Notes: a model not told the origin generated them from the letters alone. Shown: positions 22,083 through 33,209, counted from the first letter of the stretch. The stretch is 64,000 nucleotides of DNA from an uncultured Verrucomicrobiae bacterium (GCA_963702845.1 OY969763.1:4096001-4160000), one strand, 5' to 3'. Numbers and translations are program-made.

Positions 22083-22384
22083 ATAAAAAAGTTTGGACGA
22101 TTCCTGGACCGTCGTATTCGGATGTCCACGACACATCGGGTGCAGTGCGAACAATCCAGCAAGTATTGTTGTCCAGAGTGAACGGTTAGTAAAGTTCCTT
22201 ATTGAGAAGACGGTAATTTGCGTGAGTTGGATACATACCCATACCCACTGGGGGTAAATAGCCGTCAGGGCGTCAGCGCAATTGATAGTAAAGAGATTAC
22301 GACGAAAATGAGCCGTCAGACTGACGGCAACAAATCGTCAGGACCCTCATTTACTTTGTGCGCGGTCGCTGCTACAAACTCTCC

Positions 22385-23200
22385 ATGTTGACCGATTCGC
22401 AGATCTGGAAAGCCTTGAACCGCCCGGGACAGCTTAGTCTTCTTGCTGGCCCATGTGTGGTTGAGACCGAAAAGATGTGCTTTGAGGTCGCTCGATCGCT
22501 TAAGAAAACCTGTCAAAAACTCGGGATCAACTATGTTTTCAAAGCCAGTTACGACAAGGCAAACCGGTCGTCCGGGCAATCGTTTCGTGGTCCGGGAATG
22601 AAGGCTGGTTTAGCTGTTTTGGCGAAGATTCGCAAGGAACTGGATTTGCCGATTGTTACTGACGTTCATTCTGAGCAACAGGTGGCGATGGCGGCGGAAG
22701 TCGCGGACGTCTTGCAGATTCCGGCGTTTCTGTGCCGGCAAACGGATTTGATTGAAGCTGCCGTGGCGACCGGCAAAATCGTGAATATCAAGAAAGGACA
22801 ATTTCTCTCGCCGCAAGAAATGGGGTTGGTCGTGAAAAAGGCGGCTGCTGTCGGCGGCAAGCGAGTGATGATTACGGAGCGCGGAACGACATTCGGGTAT
22901 AATAACCTCGTGGCTGACATGCGTTCGATTCCGATCATGAAACAAAATGGCGTGCCGGTGATTTTCGACGCGACACACTCCGTGCAGCTTCCGGGTGCTG
23001 GTGGCGATCGTTCGGGCGGCCAACGCGAGATGGCACCGGTTTTGGCGAAGTGTGCCATTGCTGCCGGCGCGACGGGTTTGTTCATCGAAACGCATCCTGA
23101 CCCGGATAAAGCATTGAGCGACGGACCGAATATGATTCCGCTCGCGCAAATGCCGCGCGTGCTGACCGAAATCATGAAAGTTTATGAGGCTGTGCATTAG
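22385..23200 (+). CDS. kdsA: KDO 8-phosphate synthase
   Basis: AGPCVVE, KASYDKANRSS, QIPAFLCRQTD and FDATHSVQLP motifs. Confidence 0.97.
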   Translation: MLTDSQIWKALNRPGQLSLLAGPCVVETEKMCFEVARSLKKTCQKLGINYVFKASYDKANRSSGQSFRGPGMKAGLAVLAKIRKELDLPIVTDVHSEQQVAMAAEVADVLQIPAFLCRQTDLIEAAVATGKIVNIKKGQFLSPQEMGLVVKKAAAVGGKRVMITERGTTFGYNNLVADMRSIPIMKQNGVPVIFDATHSVQLPGAGGDRSGGQREMAPVLAKCAIAAGATGLFIETHPDPDKALSDGPNMIPLAQMPRVLTEIMKVYEAVH

Positions 23201-25022
23201 AACACTCCTCGCATTGATCGCGACGTTGGCGCTGGCGACTTGTTGCGTCCACGCTCAGGTGCCGCAGGAAGCCAAATCGATCAAAGACTTCAGAAAAATT
23301 TTCTATCGCAACACGCCACAGGGAAAAATCCCGGAAGCCATTTGTAGCGGAGCAGAGGCGAATCCATTGACGGGCACTCAAATTGAGCTGAAGGATTTCA
23401 CGCTGGAAACGTTGCGCGGTCAGGAGACCCAATTTATCGCGAAGGCGCCACAATGCGTCATCGACGTGAAAGAAGAATACGCCACGTCAGCCGGTCCAAT
23501 GCGAGGATTCACCGCAACGACCAATTTCTATATTCAAGGCGTCGGCTTCCTCTGCACGAAAACAAATTCGCTGTTGGTCATTTCAAACCAGGTCGAAACG
23601 CGAATTCAAAAGTCCGTTCTCAAAGGGCCGCTTCCGTTCGGCATGAAGACCAACGCGTCCGTCGAGATTGTCAAAATATTCTCTGACCATTTTCAACTGC
23701 TCTATCAATCGAATCTCGCGACCTACACCGGCCACGTCCGCGTGGTGGACTCGCGCATGGTAATGACGTGCGACGTCTTGAACACGCACTTCGGCACGAA
23801 TAGTTCCATTGAGAATATCACCGCCGAACGAAACGTGATCCTGACACAAACAAATGGCAATCGCGCCACAGGCGACCTGGCGGTTTACTCAATTGCAGGC
23901 ACAAATGAAACGGTGGATTTAATCGGCAACGCACATTGGAACGACGGGCAGCATGACGTGACCGCGCGTTCGTTCTTCTACGACGGGCGCACGGACGAAT
24001 TGCTGGCGGCCGATAGAGTGAAGGTTCACTACGATAATGGCACGCATCGTCCTCCGCGCAACGCGGACGATTTCAGCGAGCTGTTCGCTAACACTGCGAC
24101 GATTTACAATGCGACGCGGAAGCACGCCAAGGCGCAGAATGTTTTGGCGCAAGGTGACGTGATGATGACAAATCATTATGACCACAGCTTTGCGCAGAGT
24201 TATCGCGCGACGTATTCGGACACCAACGGCGTCGTCGAGCTCACCGGAAGCCCAATGATTAAAAACGAGCGCGGGCAAATTAGCGGTTATTTGTTATCGA
24301 TAGATCGATCGAACAGCGTTTTTCATTCACGCGGAAATACATCGGCGATTTTCAACGACCATGAGATCGCCGTGCGGGTTCGCTCGACTGATCTGGATTA
24401 CACGACGAACGAGGCTCGGTTTATCGGCGAGGTGAAAGGCTCAGTGTCAAAGGGCAATCTGCCGCCAAGCCATCTACAATGTGACAACCTGACATTGACG
24501 CTTGGGCCGAGTAATCAGGTGATCACCGCCGTGGCCGAAGGAAATGTTCACGGTGACAATCCGGCGAAAAGAGGTCAGCAGACGTTGTCTTGTGAGTTGT
24601 TAACCGTCAATCGCAACCCAAAAACTGGCCTGGTGCGCGATGTCGATGCGCGCGGAAACTGCAAATTTCAAGAGACGGGCAATGCTCCGAAAGTCGCATT
24701 GAGAACACTGACAGCGACGAATTTCCATGCGGAGTTTTCGCCGGTGACAAACAAAGTGGAGCGATTCACTGCGCAAGGCGGAATTGTTGCGATGCAAACG
24801 ATTTTGACGAGAACTAATCAGGTGACTGGCGCGAAGTTGGTTTATACGGCTGCGCCGATTGAAAAGATTGAGGTGACCGGCCATCCCAAAGCGCGGACGG
24901 ATCGGGCCGTTATTTCCAATGCCGATTTGTTCACGTGGTTGGTCCAGAGCAGCACCTTCCGGGCGGTCGGCAAATATAATATTACTCCAACTCCGCGCAC
25001 GAAGTCGCTACCATCCCGCTAA
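23184..25022 (+). CDS. Long LptC/LptA (OstA beta-jellyroll repeat) LPS transport protein
   Basis: Lies between kdsA and lptB; repeated A.GNV, ATGDLAVY and VELTGSP OstA-type motifs; N-terminal hydrophobic segment. Confidence 0.75.
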   Translation: MRLCIRTLLALIATLALATCCVHAQVPQEAKSIKDFRKIFYRNTPQGKIPEAICSGAEANPLTGTQIELKDFTLETLRGQETQFIAKAPQCVIDVKEEYATSAGPMRGFTATTNFYIQGVGFLCTKTNSLLVISNQVETRIQKSVLKGPLPFGMKTNASVEIVKIFSDHFQLLYQSNLATYTGHVRVVDSRMVMTCDVLNTHFGTNSSIENITAERNVILTQTNGNRATGDLAVYSIAGTNETVDLIGNAHWNDGQHDVTARSFFYDGRTDELLAADRVKVHYDNGTHRPPRNADDFSELFANTATIYNATRKHAKAQNVLAQGDVMMTNHYDHSFAQSYRATYSDTNGVVELTGSPMIKNERGQISGYLLSIDRSNSVFHSRGNTSAIFNDHEIAVRVRSTDLDYTTNEARFIGEVKGSVSKGNLPPSHLQCDNLTLTLGPSNQVITAVAEGNVHGDNPAKRGQQTLSCELLTVNRNPKTGLVRDVDARGNCKFQETGNAPKVALRTLTATNFHAEFSPVTNKVERFTAQGGIVAMQTILTRTNQVTGAKLVYTAAPIEKIEVTGHPKARTDRAVISNADLFTWLVQSSTFRAVGKYNITPTPRTKSLPSR

Positions 25023-25026
25023 CTAG

Positions 25027-25821
25027 ATGGCGCAGCCCCGAACACAACCGAAAAAGCAAACGCCCGATACGACTGCGCCAGCGCTCGTGGTTGCACAGGG
25101 GCATTTGCTCGCGACCGATAAGCTCGCCAAACAATACAGTGGGCGTGCGGTTGTAAATGGAGTTTCGATTTTTGTTAAGCCCGGTGAAATCGTCGGATTG
25201 CTTGGTCCAAACGGCGCGGGAAAAACGACCACGTTCAACATGGTGGTCGGCATTGTCAAACCCGACTCAGGATCGGTCAGTTTTTTGGAACACAACGTGA
25301 CCGGGTTGCCGATGCACAAACGTGCCCGGCTGGGAATTGGTTATCTGACGCAAGAGCCGTCGGTGTTCCGCAAGCTGACGGTTGAACAAAATATCTTGGC
25401 GATTCTCGAAACGTGCATCATGGATTCGAAGGAACGCGGGCTGCGTCTCAAATCGCTGCTGGATGAACTTGATCTCGCCCGGCTCGCCAAAAGCAAGGCA
25501 TACACGCTCAGCGGCGGCGAGAAACGGCGCCTGGAAATCACGCGCGCTTTGGTGACAAGCCCGAAACTGCTTTTGCTCGACGAACCATTCAGCGGTATCG
25601 ATCCGATTGCGGTTTATGAAGTGCAGAAGATCGTGCGCCGCTTGAGCGAACGTGGCCTAGGAATCCTCATCACCGACCACAAAGCCCGTGAAATGCTTAA
25701 ACTCGTTGACAGGGCTTACTTGATTCACAAAGGCGAAGTGGTGTACCAAGGTCTGGGTCCGGAGATGGTCAATGATCCCAAAGCGCGGGAAATCTATCTC
25801 GGCCCGGAGTTTAACCTGTGA
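25027..25821 (+). CDS. lptB: LPS export ABC transporter ATP-binding protein
   Basis: GPNGAGKTT, LSGGEKRRLEI, LLDEPFSGIDP and EIYLGPEF motifs. Confidence 0.95.
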   Translation: MAQPRTQPKKQTPDTTAPALVVAQGHLLATDKLAKQYSGRAVVNGVSIFVKPGEIVGLLGPNGAGKTTTFNMVVGIVKPDSGSVSFLEHNVTGLPMHKRARLGIGYLTQEPSVFRKLTVEQNILAILETCIMDSKERGLRLKSLLDELDLARLAKSKAYTLSGGEKRRLEITRALVTSPKLLLLDEPFSGIDPIAVYEVQKIVRRLSERGLGILITDHKAREMLKLVDRAYLIHKGEVVYQGLGPEMVNDPKAREIYLGPEFNL

Positions 25822-26780
25822 GCTCAGTGATGCAAAAGGACGCCATTACAGTCGAACGGTTTTATACCGAGCAATCGCGAAGCCTCGAATTGAAGCTCGT
25901 CGCGGGCGCGACTGGTTTGAAGAAGCGCTTCATTCGCGAACCGACCGTGAATCGGCCCGGCCTTGCGCTCGCGGGTTTCACGCGCTATTTCGCGAACAAG
26001 CGCATCCAGGTTATCGGTAATGCGGAGGCTTACTTTCTCAAGACGCTCAAGCCCGAGGAACGTCAGCAGCGTTACTCGCACCTGTTTACCTTCAAAGTTC
26101 CGGGCGTGGTCTTTTCGCGAAACCTGCATCCGGACAAAGCGTTTTTAAAAGCCGCCGAAGAACACGAGACGCCGATCTTCACCACCCCGATGATCACGAT
26201 GAAGTTCATCAATCTGGCGACGCTCGCGCTGGAAATGCTGTTCGCGCCGCGCGGGACAGAGATGGGTAGCATGGTCGATATTTTGGGTGTCGGCGTCATT
26301 ATTCGCGGCGAAAGCGGCATCGGCAAAAGTGAAAGCGTGCTCGCGCTCATCGAACGAGGATACAGTTTGGTGTCCGACGACATCACGCGCGTGACCCTGA
26401 TTGATGGCCGTGAAGTGATGGGCACCAGCGCCGAACTCACCCGCAATCACATGGAAGTGCGCGGCATCGGCATCATCAACGTCGCCTCGATGTTTGGTGT
26501 TAAGAGCATTCGCAAAGAAAAGCGCGTTGATCTTGTTATCACTTTAAAAACCTGGAACGACGTTCCGGACGTGGACCGCGTCGGGATGGATCAGGAATTT
26601 GTGAAGATTCTCGGTGCCGACATTCCGCATATTACGCTGCCGGTTCGTCCTGGTCGCGATCTGGCGCGATTGATTGAAGTCGCGGCGTTCCAGACTAAAT
26701 TGAAGGCTTCCGGCTACAACCCGGCTAAAGAATTAAACGATCGGCTGGTCGCGCAGATGGCCGGCAACACGCAGATTTGA
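25818..26780 (+). CDS. hprK: HPr(Ser) kinase/phosphatase
   Basis: NRPGLALAG, GESGIGKSE, MEVRGIGII and LPVRPGR motifs. Confidence 0.96.
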   Translation: MSSVMQKDAITVERFYTEQSRSLELKLVAGATGLKKRFIREPTVNRPGLALAGFTRYFANKRIQVIGNAEAYFLKTLKPEERQQRYSHLFTFKVPGVVFSRNLHPDKAFLKAAEEHETPIFTTPMITMKFINLATLALEMLFAPRGTEMGSMVDILGVGVIIRGESGIGKSESVLALIERGYSLVSDDITRVTLIDGREVMGTSAELTRNHMEVRGIGIINVASMFGVKSIRKEKRVDLVITLKTWNDVPDVDRVGMDQEFVKILGADIPHITLPVRPGRDLARLIEVAAFQTKLKASGYNPAKELNDRLVAQMAGNTQI

Positions 26781-27076
26781 TGAGCACAGGCAAAAAACCC
26801 GGCGGTAAATCGCATCAGCGCGAGTTTGTTATTGTTAACAAGCTCGGCATTCACGCACGTCCGGCGGCAATGTTCGTCAAAACGGCGAATCGATTTCAGT
26901 GTGATTGTTTTGTCGAAAAAGACGGTGAACGAATCAACGGCAAGAGCATCATGGGTTTGATGATGTTGGCCGCTGGCCCGGGAAGTTCGATCACGGTGAT
27001 CTGCGAAGGGGCCGATGCAAACGAAGCCCTCGATGAACTGGAAGCGTTGGTGAAACGCAAGTTTGATGAGGAATAG
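26780..27076 (+). CDS. ptsH: Phosphocarrier protein HPr
   Basis: GIHARPAA (His15) and NGKSIMGLM (Ser46). Confidence 0.95.
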   Translation: MSTGKKPGGKSHQREFVIVNKLGIHARPAAMFVKTANRFQCDCFVEKDGERINGKSIMGLMMLAAGPGSSITVICEGADANEALDELEALVKRKFDEE

Positions 27077-27106
27077 GCTTAATTTTACAACCTGACATTT
27101 ACACGC

Positions 27107-27391
27107 ATGCCTACTGAAGTTGATGTTAAATACGTGGCGCATCTCGCGCGCATTTCGCTGACTGCCGAAGAAGAACAACAATTCGGTCCGCAGCTAAAGA
27201 ACATTCTCGGCTACATCGAGAAGCTCAATCAACTCGACGTCAGCCAGATCGAGCCAACCGCTCACGCGGTGCCGCTCGTGAACGTGTTTCGCAAAGACGA
27301 AGTCCGCCCTTCCCTTTCAAACGAGGATGCTTTGCGCAATGCGCCGGCAAAAGCTAACGGTCTTTTCGTGGTCCCAAAAATTGTCGAGTAA
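27107..27391 (+). CDS. gatC: Asp/Glu-tRNA amidotransferase subunit C
   Basis: VAHLARI, EPTAHA, NAP and FVVPKIVE motifs. Confidence 0.95.
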   Translation: MPTEVDVKYVAHLARISLTAEEEQQFGPQLKNILGYIEKLNQLDVSQIEPTAHAVPLVNVFRKDEVRPSLSNEDALRNAPAKANGLFVVPKIVE

Positions 27392-27395
27392 GCGC

Positions 27396-28853
27396 ATGTT
27401 GCACCGTCTCACCATTTCCGAATTGTCGCAGAAGCTTTCCAAGCGCGAGGTCAGCGCGCGCGAAGTCATGCAGTCGTGCCTCGACCAAATCAAACGCGTC
27501 GACGGCAAACTCCACGCTTTCATCAGCTACAACGCCGAAGACGCATTGGCGCAGGCCGACGCTGCCGATAAGGCGCTGCCTGCCGGCGCGAACCAATCGC
27601 TCCTTGGCATTCCAATCGGCATGAAGGATGTGCTGGCGGTGAAAAATCACCCGCTGAATTGTGGCTCGAAAATTTTAGGTTCGTTTACGTCGCTTTACGA
27701 TGCAACCGCGGTGACGAAATTGCGTGAAGCCGGGGCAGTCATTTTCGGTCGATTGAACATGGACGAATTTGCCATGGGCAGTTCCACCGAAAACTCCGGG
27801 TTCGGACCGGCGTGTAATCCGTGGGACACGACGCGCATTCCGGGCGGTTCCTCTGGCGGTTCGGCAGTGGCGGTTGCTGCCGACGAATGCATCGCGACGC
27901 TCGGCACAGATACGGGCGGCTCGATTCGTCAACCTGCGGCATTGTGTGGATGCGTAGGACTGAAACCGACCTACGGCCGTGTTTCGCGATACGGTCTCGT
28001 AGCGTTCGCGTCATCGCTCGATCAAATCGGTCCTTTTACAAAAACCGTTCGCGATTCCGCGCTCATGCTTAATGCGATCAGCGGTTACGATCCGTGCGAT
28101 TCGACGATTATTCCGGAACCGGTTCCTGATTACACAGCCGCGCTCACTGGCGATATCAAAGGCCTGAAGATCGGTATCGCCAAGGAATACGCCGTCGGTG
28201 GGCTCGATTCTGAAGTGAACACTGCGGTGCAAAACGCAGTGAAACATCTGGAAAAACTCGGCGCCGAAATCGTGGAAGTCTCCCTGCCCCACACCGATTA
28301 CGCGGTCGCGACCTATTATATTGTTGCTACCGCTGAAGCGAGCGCCAACCTCGCGCGCTTCGACGGCATCCGATATTGCGCGCGCGTCGAAGGGGCCGAT
28401 CCGATTGAACTTTATTGTAAGACGCGCGGGGCCGGTTTTGGCGCGGAGGTGAAACGCCGCATCATTCTCGGGACCTACGTGCTGAGTAGCGGGTATCACG
28501 ATGCGTTTTACGTTCGTGCCCAAAAAGTGCGCACGCTCATTCGCCAGGATTTCCTGAACGCATTTCACAAGGTCGACGCGATCGTCACACCGACGTCGCC
28601 GACGCCAGCGTTCAAAATCGGTGAAAAGATTGGTGATCCGTTGCAGATGTATCTCTCGGACATCTTCACCATTTCAGCGAACCTCGCCGGCATTTGCGGC
28701 ATCAGCATTCCGTGCGGCTTTACGTCCAGTCCCAAATTACCCATCGGCCTGCAACTCATTGGCAAACCTTTCGGCGAAGAAACGATCCTGAAGATTGCCG
28801 ATGCTTACGAGCGCACCACGCCGTGGCATAAAGAGAAGTCGCCGTTGAGTTAA
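27396..28853 (+). CDS. gatA: Asp/Glu-tRNA amidotransferase subunit A
   Basis: [31 protein letters not shown] and EVKRRIILG motifs. Confidence 0.97.
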   Translation: MLHRLTISELSQKLSKREVSAREVMQSCLDQIKRVDGKLHAFISYNAEDALAQADAADKALPAGANQSLLGIPIGMKDVLAVKNHPLNCGSKILGSFTSLYDATAVTKLREAGAVIFGRLNMDEFAMGSSTENSGFGPACNPWDTTRIPGGSSGGSAVAVAADECIATLGTDTGGSIRQPAALCGCVGLKPTYGRVSRYGLVAFASSLDQIGPFTKTVRDSALMLNAISGYDPCDSTIIPEPVPDYTAALTGDIKGLKIGIAKEYAVGGLDSEVNTAVQNAVKHLEKLGAEIVEVSLPHTDYAVATYYIVATAEASANLARFDGIRYCARVEGADPIELYCKTRGAGFGAEVKRRIILGTYVLSSGYHDAFYVRAQKVRTLIRQDFLNAFHKVDAIVTPTSPTPAFKIGEKIGDPLQMYLSDIFTISANLAGICGISIPCGFTSSPKLPIGLQLIGKPFGEETILKIADAYERTTPWHKEKSPLS

Positions 28854-28854
28854 G

Positions 28855-29802
28855 CTAAGCGGTTGGGCGACGGAGCATGAAAATGGCGAGAGCGCGAATA
28901 CGGAATAGCGGTGGCTCATTGACCAGGTGCGGCTTGATATAAAACGGCCAAAGCACCAGCGATTTCAACAACTCACCAATGGCGGTCAGACGCTTCCCTT
29001 GATCGTAATAGGTCCACGCGGATTGAAAGTAAAAAAACGACCATACGTGCAGCCAATAAAAGATTTTCCCGCGTAGCTCCGGATAGGCGCGATAGGATTT
29101 GAGAATCGTCCGTTTGATCTTCTCCTTCATCGACGTCGCGTTCTTGCTCATGTTCGTCGAATGTTTTCGAATGAGCACGAGGAGTTGGCCGTGAATGAAA
29201 ACGCGATGGTGTTCGGCGATGCGAATCCACATGTCGCGATCTTCAGAGACGTAATTCGAATCGAAATAGCCCGCGTCAACCACAGCGGCTTTCCGCGCAA
29301 CAACGGCCGACGGAAAAAACCGCGTGCGAAATATCAGGTTCGTAAGCGTGACCTCTTCATCGATATCGGGCAGGAGCCGTTTCAATCCGAGTGGTTTGCT
29401 GTCCAGACCGACCTGAACAGCACGGCAAGCGACAACACCATATTCCTTCGGCAATTTGTTGAAGTAATCCAGTGCGACCGCGACAAACTTTGGCTCCCAT
29501 TCGTCATCGGCATCAAGGAAGCCGACGAATTCACCCGTCGCTGCTTTTACACCAGTATTGCGCGCGTCCGGCAAACCGGCGTTCTTCTGATAAACGTAAC
29601 GAACACGATTTCCGTACTTAGCGACAACTTCTCGCGTGTTGTCGGTTGAGCCATCGTCCACGACTATGCATTCAACGTTCGGATGCGTCTGGTTGAGGAC
29701 AGAATCGATCGCCTTACCGACGAACGCGGCATAATTGTAAGATGGAATTACAGCCGAAACCGTCGGCACTGCTTTTTTCGGAGACGGCGACGGCGAGGTC
29801 AC
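28855..29802 (-). CDS. Glycosyltransferase family 2
   Basis: VIPSYN, VVDDGSTD, FLDADD and EDRDMW motifs. Confidence 0.92.
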   Translation of the reverse strand: MTSPSPSPKKAVPTVSAVIPSYNYAAFVGKAIDSVLNQTHPNVECIVVDDGSTDNTREVVAKYGNRVRYVYQKNAGLPDARNTGVKAATGEFVGFLDADDEWEPKFVAVALDYFNKLPKEYGVVACRAVQVGLDSKPLGLKRLLPDIDEEVTLTNLIFRTRFFPSAVVARKAAVVDAGYFDSNYVSEDRDMWIRIAEHHRVFIHGQLLVLIRKHSTNMSKNATSMKEKIKRTILKSYRAYPELRGKIFYWLHVWSFFYFQSAWTYYDQGKRLTAIGELLKSLVLWPFYIKPHLVNEPPLFRIRALAIFMLRRPTA

Positions 29803-29810
29803 GGCGAGAA

Positions 29811-31970
29811 TTAACTCTCGATGCCAGCGGCCGGCGTCGCCTCAAATGCCTTGTAGTTACTGTAATACCGCGGCGAGTAATAGAAATACTTATAGCGGTT
29901 GGCGAAGGCATTGAAATCGAGACGATTCAGCACAAAGCCGGAAAATTTCGCGCCGTTGGTTTGCAACGCCAGGATGGCGTCTTTTACGTTGGGCACCTGG
30001 GTGTGGTTGGCCCAGATCACAACCATCACGCCGTCAGCATGACGTTGCATGATCGAAGTTTCGGACAGGCCAAGAACCGGCGGAGAATCAATAATAACGC
30101 GCTGATATTGGGAACGCAGTTCCTGGACGATCCTGGCAAAACCGGCGCTATCGAGAAGTTCCGCAGCCCAGTTGAGGTGCTTGCCGCATGTCATCACGGT
30201 TAGATTTTCGTTGCCGGTCGGACGGCAAGCATCGGCGATGGTGTTATACTTCGAGAGCACGTCGCTTAAGCCCGGCTTGTTTTGCGCACCGAAAACGCGG
30301 TGCAAACGGCCACGGCGCAAGTCGCCGTCGACCAAAATCGTTTTTTCGCCTTTGCTCGCAAACGACATTGCGAGGTTCGCCGCGATCATCGTTTTACCTT
30401 CCTGCGGCATAGCGCTCGTGACAAGGATGACCTGCGGCAGGTTCGCATCCGCCGAGTGCATGATCAGGTTCGTGCGAATGATCCGGAAATTCTCCAACAA
30501 ATGATATTCGGGTTTAGCCGCCGGTTTGCTGTTTGAACCAGATACAAGAATGTTCTGAATGGCCGTTTCATCGACACGCGGTACCACGCCAAGGCCACGC
30601 AATCCAAGCTGTTCTTCGGCATGTTCAACATCCGAAATGCTGTTGTCGAGATACGCAATCAGGAATGGGATAGCAATCGCTAGCGCAATACCTGCGATCA
30701 AGGACATCGCCGTAATCTTCATGCGGTTGGGTGAAACCGGATCCGATTTGATGGGCTCGAGAGGCCCGATGTAATCGACGCTGATGCGGTCGTGGCCTTC
30801 GCTCATGTCGAAGGCATTCAATTTGCGCAGAATCGAATCCATCGCCTTGGCCAAGTGGGCTCCGCCCTGGCGTGACAAATCGTAATCCTGCGACGCCTTT
30901 TCACTCGCGCGGGAAAGTTCATCATACACCGGCAGGCGCCGTTCCAATTCATGCTGGCTGGCGACCAAGGTGTCGTAGTTGAGGTTGAACGAGCGTTGCT
31001 GATTATTATATTCCGCGTCCAACTGCTCGCCGATCTGCTTCAAGCGCGCGAGGCGGGTGCGGATCTCGGGATGTCCGGGCAGATATTTTTCGCTCTTTTT
31101 GGCGATTTCCTGTTCAAGGGTGTGAGCTTCGCGATCCAGTTTTTGCCAGTTCTGCGTGTTTGGGACGATTTGGCGGGGAAGAACAATCGTGTCACTCCCA
31201 GTGGAAGAATCCTCGGGCGCGATCTGCGTTCCGACCTTGGGCTGCAAATCCTGATACTTGGCAACCTCGGGCAACGAATTCAGGAACGTGAGTTTGACTA
31301 CCGGATCCGTGGTGCCATTGCACTTTTCACGAATGAAATCCATTTTTTCCAAGCGGGCCTTGATGAATTGAAGCTCGTTCGGAATGTGTTTAACTTCACC
31401 AAACTTGCGGTTCGTTTCCTGATAATTCCGCTTCACATCCGAATCCAGTGCCGCCTTCTTTTTGAATGAGTCCATCTCGGAATTATAGGACGTAAATGCG
31501 TCCTGCATCATCTGCACGCGCCGTTCTTCCACGAAGTCCTTGTATTCCTTGACCAGCATTTCTGGAAAATCTTTTGCCCATGAATATTGATAGGGCCAAA
31601 CCTCCAACTGCAGTCCCTCAATACTTTGTTTAACCTCGATGCGCTTGATCCAGTTGCGCTCCAGTTCCTTTGCGCTCACGTTCACGCCCAACTTCTTTGC
31701 AGCGCGTTCCCGCAACATGCCCGATTCCAACACGGATCTGACAAATTGTTTCTTGCCGTCACGGAAAACACTGCTGTTATCCATCACGTCATCGCTGACA
31801 TCCACACGAATGAGCGAACGCGAGTTGTAGACCGGACGCGCAAAGCAGTAATAGGTAAGACCGGCCACCAGACAGAGGCACATGATCAAAAGCATCAAGC
31901 GCATGTGCTCGACCGCGACGGCCAAGTACATAATCACGTCATTTATTTTAAAGACGCTTTTGGTTTTCAT
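29811..31970 (-). CDS. Wzc-type polysaccharide co-polymerase / BY tyrosine kinase
   Basis: Two TM helices flanking a coiled periplasmic domain; SAMPQEGKT, VDGDLR and IIDSPP motifs; C-terminal Tyr cluster RYKYFYYSPRYYSNY. Confidence 0.92.
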   Translation of the reverse strand: MKTKSVFKINDVIMYLAVAVEHMRLMLLIMCLCLVAGLTYYCFARPVYNSRSLIRVDVSDDVMDNSSVFRDGKKQFVRSVLESGMLRERAAKKLGVNVSAKELERNWIKRIEVKQSIEGLQLEVWPYQYSWAKDFPEMLVKEYKDFVEERRVQMMQDAFTSYNSEMDSFKKKAALDSDVKRNYQETNRKFGEVKHIPNELQFIKARLEKMDFIREKCNGTTDPVVKLTFLNSLPEVAKYQDLQPKVGTQIAPEDSSTGSDTIVLPRQIVPNTQNWQKLDREAHTLEQEIAKKSEKYLPGHPEIRTRLARLKQIGEQLDAEYNNQQRSFNLNYDTLVASQHELERRLPVYDELSRASEKASQDYDLSRQGGAHLAKAMDSILRKLNAFDMSEGHDRISVDYIGPLEPIKSDPVSPNRMKITAMSLIAGIALAIAIPFLIAYLDNSISDVEHAEEQLGLRGLGVVPRVDETAIQNILVSGSNSKPAAKPEYHLLENFRIIRTNLIMHSADANLPQVILVTSAMPQEGKTMIAANLAMSFASKGEKTILVDGDLRRGRLHRVFGAQNKPGLSDVLSKYNTIADACRPTGNENLTVMTCGKHLNWAAELLDSAGFARIVQELRSQYQRVIIDSPPVLGLSETSIMQRHADGVMVVIWANHTQVPNVKDAILALQTNGAKFSGFVLNRLDFNAFANRYKYFYYSPRYYSNYKAFEATPAAGIES

Positions 31971-31991
31971 ATCACTGCAAGTCGCGGCGGC

Positions 31992-33209
31992 TTAAAAACT
32001 GAAAAATCTCTCAGGCACAACTATGATGTCTTTCGGTTCTAAAATGACATCATTTGCTGTTGCCTTGTTGACCCTCCTAATATTCACATCGATGCGCTGT
32101 TTTTCTCCGTTGCCACGATCGCGCAAGACAAAGATCTTGGCGCGATTGGCAAACCGGACAAAGCCACCGGAGCGCAGGACAGCAGTATAGGCAGTTAGTT
32201 CATCATCAGGTAAAATCGGCATGGTACCCGGCTTCCTCACGCTACCCGTCACGTAAACGACGTTTGCGAACGCGGGAATGACAATAATATCACCGGAGTT
32301 AAGCGGAAGATCGGATGGCAAGCTGACACCGTCGAGGATCGCCTGGACGTTCACTTCTTCGACCACGCCCTGACCACCAACCAAACGCAGCAAACGAACA
32401 CGAGTCAAATCAGCAGTCTTGGTCACGCCACCTGAGCGAAGGATCGTTGTAACAACGGTCGGCTGAAATCCCGCCGGAATCGGCCATGGACCCGCTCTGG
32501 AAAATTGACCAACCAAATAAAGCACTCGTCCATTGCCGCCGCCACGATCGTTACGTTCAACAGCGACGTGGGCGTCTTTGATGTAGTTTTGGCCGAGCGC
32601 ATCTTTGATGGCCGCTTCAGCGCCCGCCAAATCTTTGCCTGCCACCTGCACCTTGCCGACTTGCGGAATGAAAACCGAACCACCGCTACGCACCTCGTAA
32701 ACGCGGCTTAAGGTTGGATCTTCCGCGACCATGACATCGAGGTTATCACCGGGAACAATCACATTTGACTGCACGCCGCCACCCATGGACTGTTGCAACG
32801 CAACAATCGCGCCACGGATCTTGCCGTTGACTTCCTGCAATTGAGCTTCGGCATTCTCAAGTTTGGCTTTCGCGTTGATGAGTTCGTGGTTCCATTTCTG
32901 TGTATCCGGTGAATTATTCTTCTGCGCGGCTTCAAGTTGGCCCTGTGCGTAGGTAACCTGCCCCTTGTAATGGATAACGTCGGCCTCCAGGCTCTGGCGT
33001 TCGTGGGTGAGCTTGTCGAGGTCGCGAGTGCCCGAGTCGTTTTCAGCCTCCATTTTCGCGGCGGCTTGCTCGGCTTTCTTGAATTCTTCGCGCAACTGCT
33101 TATGTTGCTCCGTCGCGCTTTCCAAAGAATTCTGAGAAAGCGCCGGCAACGCCTGCAGCGTCAATATTAGCAGCAGCAGCACTAAAAGAGGGCTGTTTGG
33201 TTTACTCAT
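31992..33209 (-). CDS. OPX (Wza-like) polysaccharide export protein with an N-terminal coiled coil and SLBB domains
   Basis: IVPGDNLDV...G.VFIPQVGKVQVAGK Poly_export motif; two SLBB repeats (L.SGDIIVIP, LEPKDIIVVP). Confidence 0.85.
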   Translation of the reverse strand: MSKPNSPLLVLLLLILTLQALPALSQNSLESATEQHKQLREEFKKAEQAAAKMEAENDSGTRDLDKLTHERQSLEADVIHYKGQVTYAQGQLEAAQKNNSPDTQKWNHELINAKAKLENAEAQLQEVNGKIRGAIVALQQSMGGGVQSNVIVPGDNLDVMVAEDPTLSRVYEVRSGGSVFIPQVGKVQVAGKDLAGAEAAIKDALGQNYIKDAHVAVERNDRGGGNGRVLYLVGQFSRAGPWPIPAGFQPTVVTTILRSGGVTKTADLTRVRLLRLVGGQGVVEEVNVQAILDGVSLPSDLPLNSGDIIVIPAFANVVYVTGSVRKPGTMPILPDDELTAYTAVLRSGGFVRFANRAKIFVLRDRGNGEKQRIDVNIRRVNKATANDVILEPKDIIVVPERFFSF

